Shown: positions 1 to 13,198 of the stretch, piece after piece
How positions within the stretch are numbered: position 1 is the stretch's first letter
Layout: every line of letters begins with the position of its first letter
Assembly (NCBI GenBank): GCA_002633005.1
Contig: NMRA01000083.1
Coordinates: forward strand, 136,896 to 200,895
DNA from: Phoronis australis
Lineage: Eukaryota > Animalia > Phoronida
Length of the DNA: 64,000 nucleotides
Direction of reading: 5' to 3'
Notes under the pieces: model-generated
Databases searched by the model: none
Told to the model about the DNA's origin: nothing
What the model saw: only the letters and a program-made list of their open reading frames with translations
Position numbers and translations under genes: made by a program

Positions 1-261
1 GGACTTTTAATGTTGGTGTACTCTTTATTGTAAGTGCACTAGGCTGCATTTTCTAAGGTCATGCTGGATGAAACTCATCAAAGGATCTTGTTGTGCAATG
101 TTGTAAAATGTTCCTTTATTGTTACGGCATTAACCTGCTACACTGTTTGCATTTAATGATTCAAAAGTCTTTGTCTGTGAAGAAAGCCTTCAAATTATCG
201 TGTTCTACTGTGCTATGCAATGTTCACTAGTTGTTATAGTTTGTGCGTTATTTCTGTTTAG

Positions 262-3200
262 GTGAGGTCCTGGCTCGGGTTGATAGCCATCAAATGAACA
301 ACGCGTACGGTGCTGTTTCCCCATGTGGCAGATTTATAGCTTCATCAGGTAAATAATTACACTCTCATCAACACAAAATTGGAGTTATTGTTATAAAAAA
401 CTAAATTCGTTTTTGGCCATTACATCAGCTCTATCTCCTAGCAGAACTGAAAAGTCGTTTTGGATAGAAGAGGTGGTAATTGTTCACAAACTTCACGTAG
501 TCGAAATTTAAAAAGATTTTCATTGTGGAAGCAAAAAACGTATTGAGTGTCGCAGTAATAACATTCAAATCACTAACGAAGAAATAAAAAATCTTAATTG
601 GCTGTATTTACCGCATTCGGCCTGATAACCACCCATCGCCCCATGCCTTTTCAGACTTCGCTAAAATAAGCACCCAGCCCATGAACGTTTACGTGTGAAA
701 AATGCCTTACCTACAGTCCTAAAATTCTACTGTAATGGTTTCAATTTATCAATAATATCCGACAGTCCTGAAAAAATCATTGAGTGCGGAATTTGTAGAC
801 CACGAGCCTTGCCGCTATGTCGGTATTTACCCATGACTGTACACTTGAAACTTTTGCCATGCCCATATCGAACACAAAAGTTTTGCTGATCTTGCGATGA
901 ATGTGTTCCACTATGGTCTGCCTTTTCAGAACAGACGTAGTGTACTTGTCAACGGGATTGTATTGTAGATATTTCCCGACCTCATCAGGAATCCAAGTTT
1001 CTTTGTACACATGTAAACCGAGAATTAAAGAATAATAAAAACCGTGGCCAGTGTTAAAAGCACGTGGTCAGGAAGCGCGCGCTACGTGCATGTACCTGTC
1101 ATCAAAGACATTAGTAAGGAACTATCCATTTATGAAACAAGTAGCATAATATCGGCAAAAAATGAATATTGGCACTAATTTCTGACAATTGCTAATATTA
1201 TAAAGAATGTTTGCATTATTTTTAAGAGGGATTGTTTGATTAATCGTAATTGGTGATTTTAAAGCCAAATATCCGATTAAATGACCACTGATAGTGAATG
1301 CTTACTCACCCTTACACAGAAAAATAACTGTTAGATAGTCACGTAGGCATCCAGCCACACGGCAACTAATATGAGCCTTACCGAGACAAATAATGTCGAA
1401 CGTTTTTAGCACATGAGACCGGCAGTTGTGCTGAGTGAAACACGTTCTGCTTTAGGTGTACTGCTTGTGCTAATTTCTTAAGATACAATGCACATCTAGC
1501 TCGTTATATTGCGTTTACTCTGGCAAATGAACTCTGGTGACACACACGAGCTCCCTTACTCACACACGCAGACGAACTTCAAAACAAACATCACTGACAA
1601 CAATATGTGTGTTAGGCTAGATATTTTTCTTGTGTTGCCAATCATAGATGGCACGATGTAGCACAGATTTGTACTTAACCTGCCGTTAATCCCGAATCCA
1701 CGGAAACTTAAAAATCTTAGGGACACTATTTGGAAACCTTAAGGAGGATTTCAGGTAATTTGCTCGAGTCAAAACTGTATTTTTATTCAAGCATTCAAGT
1801 CACCATATCGACGATTGCAAGGCAGTCAGTCGGCAAGTTTTCGCCCTGGGATTTCAGCACAATTTTCTGTAAAATGATCATAATTTAACAGCAAAGTTTG
1901 ATAGCAATGCACCATAATTTTGTAGAACGTCTGTCATAGGTTACAGATACGTAACAGAGCGTAAATATGATGAATCTTAGCTTCCAATTTCACCCGTTTC
2001 GGACACCGGGTTTCAATCGCCTTGGGTTACAATAAGCTCCCCTCCCTGAAATAAATTTTTCTAAGCGCCCTCTGGGCGATTATTAGGGCGATTATGGTAA
2101 CTTGTTTATCTTTCAGTGTGAATAGGGAGTCTGTTGTCTGCCATCTGGTGCTCCAAAACTTTGACCAGAAACAGATGACTTTTTATTTGGAATTTATGGT
2201 CAATATCTACTAAGTTCTTTGATTGATCTTTGTGTCAAATTTGAATGTGTGTTCCTATTCACTGAGCAGTGCATATCTGTCATTGATTTATAGACAGTAG
2301 TCAATTACAGAGGTCTCGTATTTTGAGAACCACTTTGATGCCTATTATTCAGTGGAGAAAACTGGTTCTCCAAATGTGGGATTCCTGTAAGTGACTATTA
2401 CCAACTTTTGGTCAGATCCAACTATTTGTCACCCCATAGTGTCCCATTTTGTGTTCTTGCCTCTATATTCACCAAGTTCTTCGGTGGTTCTTTATGAAAT
2501 CTGTCATATGTATTAATATTATAAGGATAGTACAGCTCGTGTTGATTTTTTGATGGAGCTGACTTCTTTGGGGCCTACTAGTGTCAAATTGTAATTGCAT
2601 CTGACTTAATATTGACCTATCTCTTTGTTAGATCTTCGTGAACTCTCCAATTGTCTGCCTATGGCTTTGATGGTGGCAAAAACTTTTGATGTTTAAGATT
2701 CATTCCACTGTTTCCCATTTAACCAGGCAGCATGATTCTTTTAACACGCAATTGTCTTTGATTGTTTGGTCAACTTCAGTTGCTGGGTAGTCTTGCATTC
2801 TCGGATTGTTATAGACTGCTTCTCTGAAACCATAATATTTGAGCCATGGTGGCGATGAATAAAACAAGACACAATGAATGTTACAATTCGACATGGCAAA
2901 ATATTCCTTAGCTGGTCTTTGGAGCACTTTTTCCATCAAAGGAACAGAGCATTATAAATGGTGGCATATAAAAGGTGTGGTACAAGAGAGTTACAAGTTG
3001 TGTATTTGTGATTAAACTGCCTTCAGCAGAAGAAGTTTTTTAAATATTAGCACACCCCCAGAAATCGCTTTCACGTTGTGTCCAGATTATCATTCACTCC
3101 ATTGCATACATTCACTAGTAAGACCGAGCTCAGAGAAGTAGGAGGCACCTTTGTGCACTGCTCACTTGTCAGCCAGTAAAGCCAGGATTTGCACATGGGT

Positions 3201-6200
3201 CTCCCAGACAGTAGTGCGGAGCTCAAACCATTGAGCCGCAATGTCTCCTCAAGTGTTGTGACAGTACTTTCTTGTACAGTTTGATGACGTGTGATTTTTT
3301 AGGATTCACCCCTGACGTGAAGGTGTGGGAAGTGATATTCACGAAGACAGGAGACTTCTCCGAGGTGAAGCGAGCATTTGACCTGAAGGGCCATTCGGCA
3401 GGCGTCTACCATTTTGACTTCTCTAATGACACCAGCAAGTATGTCGAGTCACTGATATGGGAAGTACAATGTGAAACTTACATTAGCAAGTGTTGTAAAA
3501 TGACCTCCGTTTCTGAAATGCAACTTCAATAATTTTTATACTGGTTTGCCCTACAGTATGTATTATGATATACTTCTGTCATCAAAAGACCTCATGTGTA
3601 GTATGTAATACATGTGATGCAGCTAATTCATACTAGCCAATACAGAGCTGAAGTGTCATCTAAGGGCCTTTCACCACTTGGTGAAATGGATATAAACCGA
3701 AAGAATGGGAGGAAAATTTTTGTTCAGTGTGTTAGTACCAACAAAGTCAAATTCCCTTGACACGTTTAGAAAACCGCAAACAATCTGACTGGTTATATTT
3801 CACCTCTTTTTATCTTACTCCAACAACAACGAATCAAATCGCCTGCCATCTTTTGGCCTTAGTTTTTGACCTAATGACGTCATGTAGTGACCAGTGTGCC
3901 AGCCAATGAGTCCAGTGAATGCTTCAGTTCATGAGTTCACCGGTAGGTTAAAAAATACAAATGGCAGAGTAACAAGCAAATAGTAAAAAGTCAAATCTTT
4001 GAGTAAATACATTCTTTCGAAGGGCTTGATTTTCGTGGATTTATATTCGTCGTATTATTTCTGGTGATAAATTTGTTCACGCCATCTCAGTTTCGATGTG
4101 TGCAGGTTAATATCTGATGTGCAATTCGAGTATGATGTGTATGGCATTTAATTCTACCCTTTCACTGCATGGACTTCCAACCATTTTACTATATAAGGGA
4201 TGGTTAGTTACCAACTAAGTATTGTTTAGTTTATGTTAGTTTATGTAAATTACACTTTATATTTCTGATGATAAATGTTTACTCAAGAAGAAATTAATCA
4301 CTGGTAGGTCTACCAAGGAAACATCGTTCTGGGCCAAGTATCATCTTCTAATGGATGAGTGCCACGAGTTCAGTAGTGATGTCGGAATGGACAGATGAGA
4401 GAAATTAAGATTCTAAGCTTGGCAGATGTAAAAATATATACTTGACCTGTCTTCAAAGTTAGATAAAGTTTAACAAACCTTTGAGACTTGATGAGTGGGT
4501 GTGGTTTTTTAGTTCTTCATTTGGTGTGAATGAGGGGGAGTCATTGACAGCCAATCGCGAGGTGATGGTGGTTGACTTTCCTTGATGTGGCGTTTAAATC
4601 ATGGCTTACATGGGTTTCTGTTGGTTTCGAAAAAAGTTTGAAACATTGACTAAAATTAATGCAGCGGGCAATTTTTTCCTTAAGTAATGATACTCATGTT
4701 CCAAAATGAGTGTGGGCACAGGTCAGAACCGACAATGTTTTTGGCCTCATCACAGAAGCAACTTTTGCTATTACTTTTAGAATGGCCACAGTGTCCAAGG
4801 ATGGGACTTGGAAACTCTGGAAGACTGATGGTAAGGAAACCAGTGTGTCAGATTTACATGTAACTGTATATATTACTGACTTCGGTTTTCATGGAGCAAT
4901 TAATTTTACTAAGTCTAGTTATTGCGGAACACCTAATGTCAGCGAAGTTGGATTATCACGGAACACTTATTATTGGCCAAGTCAAATTATTGTGGAACAC
5001 TTAATATTGTGAAACTCTGGTGATTGGTTCACTTGTGGTCCTTCCTGATTACTTACACGACTACAGTTACCAGATTTGCATTGTTGTGGTTGCCAGTGAC
5101 AACCTCTGATGTGGTAAATTATTTTTTTCAGTGGAATATCAGAAGAATCAGGACCCTTACCTACTGTTGACTGGTCAGTTTGAGCACTCAGGTCCTGGTC
5201 TTATAGCCCTGTGTCCATTTGGCCGGACCGTCGCAGTATCTCAGGGGTCTGACATCTATGTGTTTTCTGCGGTCACCGGGCAACAAGATGTAACTATAGA
5301 AGAAGCGCACACTGGTAATGTCTCAGATTATTTTTAATTACAAGTTCTAGCCATTACTTTAGTTATTGTCATGTTCTTCAATTTGAAGTGCTGTAGTACT
5401 ATGTTATGTGTACAGCGCTGTATAAATGCTGGCATTGAAGTCACCAGATGTCACCAGTGTGGCTATGGTCCTACCAGACAGTAGAAGTGCATGCATTCAG
5501 GTAGTCTTGTGTAATTGTCACCCCACAGATGGCCACGTGCTGATGAATTGCTTTCTGCTCTCGACCTATTCAGGTGTTAAAAAAAGAAAAGCCTTTTATC
5601 CATTAGGCGATACATCCGATTTCTCAACCTGCAACTATGAAATTAAGCAGTGCTTCTTACCAGTTGAGATTACAGTAGGCACTTAGTACAATGCCTTGAC
5701 TTTTATGACTGGCTTCATTTGTTTTGAAATTGGGGAAAGGGATGGGTGTCAGTGGTAACTACTGCTGTTCATGGCAACACTATTTACAACCTATTTTAGA
5801 CACTGCGGATTATTAAAACTAAAGCCGTCATTGGAAATTGAATTTTTTCACTGTTTGAACTGTAAAAATTGGTTAACTGCAACAGGACAAATAAGGGGCA
5901 TTGCAGTTGCTGTTCCTTTTCTGATGTGTAGCGACCAATTGTGTAAGCTTCCTGTCAGAGGTACACAATGTTGTGACTTGACTTGGGCACACCACTGCAT
6001 AATAGAGCGCTTATCTGAGAGATTTTTAATGCCCTCAAAGAATTCAGTTGTAAAACTTGAACTGGGGACCACGTCATGTATTAGCACCACCTGGTGAATA
6101 TAAAGTCTCAGGGTAACACAGCTGTGGTACAATAAATAACAATTCAGTTACAATTAAAGAATGTATATGCACAACAATGACAAGTTATTAAGTAATAACT

Positions 6201-7312
6201 AAACAATAGCACATATATGGTTTCACTCGTAGATGACAAATAGTTATGCTTTTTCCGCCCATTTTTCTAGCTCCAATCAATGCCCTTGCGTTTGATGTGA
6301 GCAGTAAGTACTTGGTATCTACTGGAGATCGGCATATCCATGCGTTCCACAACATCACCGGCTACAGGGCGACAATAGAAGAGCTGGAGTTGAGTAAGAA
6401 AACGGCCAAGAACCCAGCACATAGACAGAGGCTACAGCAGCAGATGGACGCTGCGAGGTGAGTCCATGACTGGGTTATGGTATTCCATCTCAAACTCAAG
6501 CTTACGATGTTTCTATTCTAAATCGTTTCCACTTTTGCAGACTCACTTTACTGATGGAGTTAAATGCAATGTTCTCATTCCGTTCAGTCAAAAATTCAAT
6601 TTTACATCTTGTGAACACTCTTCAAGCATTTGATCTACCGTCTCATTGTCCATCTCCTAATCGGACAACAAATGTGCTTTCTTACCATGAGAAAGCTATT
6701 TGTGTTTGGGATCTGTTTGCTCAAGGTGATCACATTTATTTGTTTTGCCTGAATATTAGCATTTTATCCAATTTCCTGGATACTAGCGAGATGACCGGGT
6801 CTGACTTCCAATCAGACTCCTACCTGTCTTTTCCTAAAATTCCGCGTGGAAACACAGGAAAATGTGTTGGAATCTGACACCAAGTCTATTTTACTTGGAT
6901 TAGTATGGTGCAGTGTAACGTGATGTTGATCGACATGGAATTCGGAACTCAAACAATGGCATTTGCATTTTAATTCCAAGAACTCGGTCTAACGTAATCT
7001 AACTAACATCGTGTGTTGGTTGTATTAGTAGCATGTGCCAACTTGTCAGGCTCTAAGAATAGATTACCGTGTCATTTTGAAAAGGAAAAATGTAATTGAT
7101 GTAGTTAATCGCTAATACTTCATGTGGCGATGAATAACGTCCTGCATAATCATGACTGTTGATTTCACCACTATTTACTCAATACACAGTTGCCTCCAGT
7201 TTGCAAGAATGCAGCACTGTGTAAACTTTACGAATCAATTGGTTGCTTGTTATTAATTCGATCATTTTATTTCAGGGAATCCTTGAAGAACATTCTGGGC
7301 GAGGAGTCATGA
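262..7312 (+). CDS. TBL2: Transducin beta-like protein 2 (WD40 repeat protein), last six coding exons; 5' part lies upstream of the window
   Basis: Exons 262-348 (EVLARVDSHQMNNAYGAVSPCGRFIASS), 3303-3438 (GFTPDVKVWEVIFTKTGDFSEVKRAFDLKGHSAGVYHFDFSNDTS), 4781-4830 (MATVSKDGTWKLWKTD), 5132-5314 (EYQKNQDPYLLLTG...), 6271-6457 (PINALAFDVSSKYLVSTGDRHIHAFHNITGYRA...RQRLQQQMDAA), 7276-7312 (ESLKNILGEES*). All have AG/GT boundaries with compatible phases. GFTPDVKVWEV, LKGHSAGV, MATVSKDGTWKLW and QDPYLL are characteristic of TBL2. AATAAA at 7359-7364. Confidence 0.93.
611..2097. mobile_element. Decayed non-autonomous TIR DNA transposon (Tc1/mariner-pogo-like, TA flanks) in a TBL2 intron
   Basis: Left TTACCGCATTCGGCCTGATAACCACCCA vs reverse complement of right end TTACCATAATCGCCCTAATAATCGCCCA (21/28 identical); TA at 609-610 and 2098-2099; subterminal TAAGC(A/T/G)CCC motifs near 668, 2033 and 2062. 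Confidence 0.6.
727..1023 (-). pseudogene. Frameshifted HIRAN-like domain ORF inside the TIR element
   Basis: Translation LGLHVYKETWIPDEVGKYLQYNPVDKYTTSVLKRQTIVEHIHRKISKTF, then frameshift to RYGHGKSFKCTVMGKYRHSGKARGLQIPHSMIFSGLSDIIDKLKPLQ*. Resembles the GxHxYKxxW...NxxDxxA...IVGHxPRxxS...CxVxG...GLxIP pattern of invertebrate HIRAN-like proteins. Confidence 0.6.
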
Positions 7313-8039
7313 CAGTGCAAATTATTTTGCCAGTTTGCACGATTCAGAAGCGTTTCTTAATAAATGTTGCCCATTGTTGAATGATTTAAATATACAAGTC
7401 TGCAATGTTGTCCACCATCTCAAATATTTAGTCTTGTAGAGTAAACAAGCTATTTCACACGCATATCCCGTGGAAGTAGATGATAGAATAAGGCCTGTTA
7501 AAACCAATATTTTTCGAAAGATATCGACTGGATTGTCAAATGGTTGCAACTGTGCCCTTCCCGACAAATTCAAAGTTGTCACAAACTTGTTTTTTCTTCC
7601 TGAGAATCAACTCTGCTCCATTTTGGAACACATAAAATCCCCGTGTTGATGGTAAAAATCCAGTACATAGCAAGGTCGGCCATGTCCACCCCACCATCAG
7701 TGATTACACTGTAAGCCATTGATGCAAGAAGTCTTCAAATTATCATTACGATGACAGCATCGGTTGACCAGCAAACTGGAGGTCCAAGGTATAAAAGCTA
7801 ACTTTATGATTTAATATTCATGAGTTTTTGCATCCTGCAGCATTCGTATGCAGATGGCGTTGGTGCATTATGAAGTGCTGTTTTCGTCATTTGCTTTTAA
7901 TTTTAAGAGAAATCACCATTTTATCGTTGGGTTTCCATAGAGCGCAATGCTGTATCTGGTTCTCTACTGCGGGACTGCACACATGCTGCGCATTCTCAAC
8001 TCGAAACTGTGGACTCGTGTATGTTCTTCAGTTGATCTT

Positions 8040-8600
8040 TTATTTTTATGCGCCCACATAATTATTTATATGTGGACGCATTATGTAGTCATTTCCATCC
8101 GTCTGGCGTCCGCTGCTCTGTCTCCAAAACCCTTTGATGTATGTTTATGAAGTTGTGCACATGTGTTCCTTTCATGAATAGTACGTCATGAGCGAACTTT
8201 CGGACGGGTCCGACTACCAGTGTGCCCCCTAGTGGCAATTTTAATTTTTTACGCTTACCTCTATCTTCGAAGGTCCTAAATATATTTTCATAAAATTTGG
8301 CATATAGGTATCTATTAGTGGGATGACGCTATCCTCTCGTTTTCGGATGAATTCGACACAGTTTGCGCCATCTAGCGGCCATTTTTACTGTTTTCGAGCC
8401 TGTTTTTAGCATCCACCCCTCTATCAACCAAACTGCTCTAGGGATGATGGTGAAAATTGGCATGTGTGTTCTTACTATGAAGAGGGTGGCTCATAATGAT
8501 TTTCCAATGACTTGTACTACTGTGGCGCCTCCTAGTGGTAGTTTTTTGTGCCCATGGCTGTATGTCCTAAACCGTTTGCAGCATCTTTATTTACTTTTTC
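8040..8600. repeat. Interspersed repeat with about three diverged 145-160 bp core units (Helentron/HINE-like architecture)
   Basis: Recurring G(C/T)GCC...CTAG(T/C)GG motif at about 8221, 8364 and 8524, AAAAT(T)TGGCAT at about 8292 and 8453, and a 5' TTTTTATGCGCCC followed by a TCCATCCGTCTGGCGTCCG tract. Confidence 0.45.
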
Positions 8601-8629
8601 AAGTGTATTTAAATGATGTTGAGGTGCAC

Positions 8630-9065
8630 ATTCTCAGCAACCACTGTTGTGCTGCAATGGATTTCCTCCCACTGCGGCATCAGCGGCAACGTGGAAGCAG
8701 ACAGACTCTCCAAGGCAGGAAGCAAACTGGAGCAGACGTCGCACCCATCATCATATGGAGAAGTAAAAAACCCTCTTACGAAGTCACCGGTAGTTACAAG
8801 TCACTATCTTCAGGCTAAGAACCAGCTACTGCCAGCTGCTCTTCCACATGCGTCTGCCCTGTGGCACTGGCCCCCAAACACCTGACCATTTAGGCCTACT
8901 GCAGAGCTGCCCTACGTTCGATTCCCTAAGGTGCCAGACATGGCTCAGTCCGGTGGAACTCAAGGTAAAACTGTGGGGCCCGACGGCATCATTGCGGCGA
9001 ACTGCAGACTTCGCCCAAAAGACCAGACTGACTATCTAACCTACATGGCCAGGAACGTTGAAGTG
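8630..9065 (+). mobile_element. 3' fragment of an RNase H-containing non-LTR retrotransposon (I-group/Ingi-like)
   Basis: VVLQWISSHCGISGNVEADRLSKAG (RNase H C-terminal motif WIPxHxGIxGNExAD), then after a frameshift/deletion PCGTGPQTPDHLGLLQSCP...KLWG...LRRTADF (CCHC-type knuckle and C-terminus). Confidence 0.8.
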
Positions 9066-12000
9066 ACAATCAGTTTTAGCGGAACTGGGACCTTGCCATA
9101 CAGTAAAGTACCCCTATTCTCATGCACTTTACTGAAGGAGATACAATTATTTCCTTTGGCTCACGTGCGGAACTCGTGTCAGCATTTACTGATCACTGAG
9201 ACAGCACTTGTCGAATGCATTTCATTGCCGGGGAGAACCAGCAAGGCGGTACTTGACAGGAATTTCAAGTCCGTGGCCTACCTTTCTGTGATTCACCGTG
9301 AGTGCCGTGACAGTACACGAAACAGCACCACCCTGAGCAATGAAATAAGAAAAGACACGGGCACACTGACATTACGATTTTGGACGCATTGTGTTGAGTA
9401 CAAGCAGACACGAGTCAAAAATATTCCAGCGTGTATGGTCAATTGACTAGAGAATCTGTCGATGGGTGCTAGTTTCAAGGAGAATATGCCTACAACCTGT
9501 TCACACCACGACGTGATCACTGCTCAGGTCCACTTGTTTCCTGCAAACTCGGACCTGTTTCTTGAAACAGGTACTTAAAGTATGACTTCATATTCAGGCT
9601 TGCCAAGTCAGAAGTCAGCTTTCAAACAAACCTCCAATGAATGTTTTTGTCTTTTGTGTTTCAGAATGTATATATTCACTTTTGTTCATTTTGCTTATTC
9701 AGGAATAAGCTAGTAAGAACTGTAATTTTTAGATGTCAGTTCCCAAGATGACTGTCTCGAGGCTTCAGTCCAGATGTCGTGAGAAAGAGGCTCATTTGAA
9801 TACAGATGTTTTGCCTGTAGCTATAAATATAGATGTCAAGAACTTGTCTTCATAATGTCAGTATGGAGGGAAAATATTTGGGCTTACAGTGTAATATTGC
9901 TATCTTGGTGTGCGACAGAACTTAATCTTCTCCTATAGCCAACAATGTTACTTCGACAGGACTTCAGCTACCATCAGATCTCTGGTTTCAAGTGTCATCC
10001 AAATGTCTTGTACGTTGAGCCTCTATAAAATGAGGTTACTTGGTATGGGTTCAGGTCATTTTTCGCGGCACCACCTTTGACGTTTTTAAAAATGAGATGC
10101 CGCAGCCATGGCCAGTAATATCGCACGATGGATAGCCCTGTGAGCATTTCGTAACTCGCCAAGACTGGGTTAAAGGTACACTCAGCGACTTTTTCCCATG
10201 ACTTCTTAAGTTTACATGTTCATAGTACATAGACTAGGATTAAAAGCACATTTAATAACTCACTTCATTTGATTGAGTTGGTTGTCTGAGATTATCACAG
10301 GATGATTCTGGAGTCTTTATTTAGAGAACATGGTGCTAGTCAGGCTGTCTACATTCAGAAAATATTCACATTTCCGTACTAACTAATTTCTAATCTTGAT
10401 ATTTAGATGAATGCACAGACATGTCCATTAGGTAGTGCATAACTCACAGTGGTCATTGCCTAAACTCACAGCTGTTTACCTGCAGAAAGTAAACCATGCA
10501 ACGGATAAATTGAAATTATGCAACAATTTTGCAAAGTTCGCAGTGAATTAACGAGTTGTATGGATGTCATTTAGCAATGTCGTCACAGTTGTAAACAGAA
10601 ATTTTCTACTACGTTGCTACAGAGAAAAACTTCATCAATGAAAGGTCAAAGGTTAGTTCAGGGGCCCCAGGTTCAGTAATTCACTGTCCAAGGCATAGAT
10701 GATACATAACTTGTGTCTTCTGAACACTGGGTTCAGCGGATTAATTGCTACAACTACTTTGGGATTATTCCCCACTGTCATTTCAAACAACAGTGCCATT
10801 ATACTTGATTATCATTGGGTTCAAAATATTTTTTCACACCACAACATGGTCTATTTACGAGACGTGTTAAACGTGGAGATTGTGCACTTTAACATGAAAC
10901 TGAGTTGCATGGCATAACTTAGACATAAATATATTCATTATAAAGGAATTAAAAACCCATAACAGTATACATATCACATTTAATGCTCACAATACAACAG
11001 ACCTCAACATCACATGAAATAGTACATGGATCCAGTTGCGTTACAGGTCACACATTCTATGCTTATGAAGCAAAAGTTGACTAGATTACTACCAGTATTT
11101 TTAATGGGCAACTTTGTTGCACAGCACACAAGCAGATCTAGGATGTCACAAGGGGACGCCCAACCTCAGTTTATTAAGGATAATGTTTGTAGGTTCTTCC
11201 AAACAGGCGACATGTCCGGATGATGGGCTGGGCTCCCTTAACTACCCTAGGCACCTTATTCAGGAAGTGCAAAGGTAAATCAAAAGTAACAGTGTGTGAA
11301 AGAGAAATACAATTTTACATATAACTTGCAGTGTTTTCAGTTTCACAAGTTGTGAACCACACTTCAAGAAAACGGTTAATCTCTATGGCACAATCACTGC
11401 ACTAATTCAATTTCTATTTGCCGAGTCTTTAAGTGGATCCAAGGTACATTCCATGAGGCGAGTTCACGACTTTGATGAAATGATGCACGGTCAACCTAGT
11501 CAAAGTAACATCAAAGTTTTGCAAGCAAGCTCCTGACCTGCTTTACAAGCCAACAGGCTGCCGCTGAAGTGATAGAAATGCAAGGCCATAACGGATTACC
11601 GTGAGAAATCTTGCTAGTTCCGCTCATAAGTGTTGCGACTGACTTGCCAACACGTAACGCACCTCTGAATGGTGGATACAATTTTTTAAATCGCAATTTC
11701 CACGACAACCTGCATACCCTCCAGTAAATTTGTTGGCAAAACTGCGGAGTAGTGAATCTTAGCAACTTAGTAGACACAACATTAGCACAATAACACCCGC
11801 TTGATGCAGTTGATTTCACATCAACTGACAGAAGACGGAACAAATGTCCCTACTTTTATTGCTCACTAGGGACAAGCTCAGACCTTGAGCAAAATATTTA
11901 ATTTTTACAGACCAAATTGAAGAATTTTTATCATAACTGTGGACATTCACAACACAGAAATCATGAACATGAAAACGGGACAATTTTTGGCAATTTTTTG

Positions 12001-13198
12001 TTTTAATTGGTGAGATTTTGCAGTGCTACATTCGCACGTGTTACATGAACCTTACAGCAGCCATTGATTGAAGAATGTAGAATTGCGCGTGCTTTCAGCT
12101 ATATTCCAACTTTATACTAATAAATACAACTACCATTAAACTGACCCATCTTGCTCAGTGGCATTTCCGCCACAGCACTGCCTACTGTAGTCTCATCACT
12201 AAAGAGGCATTCAGTTTGGTTAGTACCAGCAACCAGCAACAATAGAAACTCATACCTGCAATTAGACCTTACTATTCCCATACAACTAATGAACTGATCA
12301 ATAAATAAATTGTAATATTGAACTATACAATCTAAAGTAAAAATACTTTCTTTTGCATATTGAAAATACCAATCATTGCACTTATCCAAATGTGCGCCGG
12401 TGTTCCTAAAAATTTGGTGTTGTGCCTGTGAGATATTAAAACATCGGTGAGTGCGCACGATGTCTAACATGGGCTAGAAAAGAATTTTTAAGAAATTGGT
12501 GACGGGCGTTAAGCTGTACAAGCAATTTGAGTAAAGCCCAGACTGCAGCCTGGATATTTCACACGCAAGAGTAGAAATATTCCATGAACATAAACAACAC
12601 AATGTTCACTAGTCACAGATAATAATTGCATGAGTTTTGGCAAATGAAATTCTACGAAGAAGGGCATTAACAAGGACATGAGTGAAACTCACATAATGCA
12701 AAAATTGAAGGTGGATTATAACCAAGCATAGATATTTCTTAAAAAGTGAAAATTTTGAAAATCAGGGAGTGGGTGTTTAACTGAACACGGGCGTTAACTC
12801 AGGACAGTATGGTACATTTCTTAAACATTTGGTGTCGCGTCTGACTTTTAAATAAATGAGAAGATTGAAAGTCATCAATTACATTTGAGCACTAGAAATT
12901 AATCTGTAAGTTAAAAGTTCTTCCTTTAAAAATGAAAATGTTACCATTCCCAGACAAGTTTCAATGTTCGAAGGTGAGTCAAATTAAGGAGACTTTTCTA
13001 CATTAATTCAGATGGCCATCCTACAAGAATATCCCTTTACTGTAAATATATAAGAGAAAGCTGCACAGATTCCTTCATGTCATGCGTAGATCCAGCATCC
13101 CACTCCTTGTGACTTGAGGGCAAGGCATGCCACCCATGACCCCCTCACACAGCACGTGCACCACGAGTGTTAACTCTTTAGTGACTAGGTAACACGGG

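Noticed and set aside
3180-3240. tRNA-like sequence (also 33512-33571, 39218-39350)
   Set aside because: Degenerate A/B boxes without a full cloverleaf; SINE-like relics rather than tRNA genes.
8931-9570. 171-aa ORF and a donor-like site at 9571
   Set aside because: Begins in an alternative frame of the LINE fragment; no recognisable domain or partner exons.
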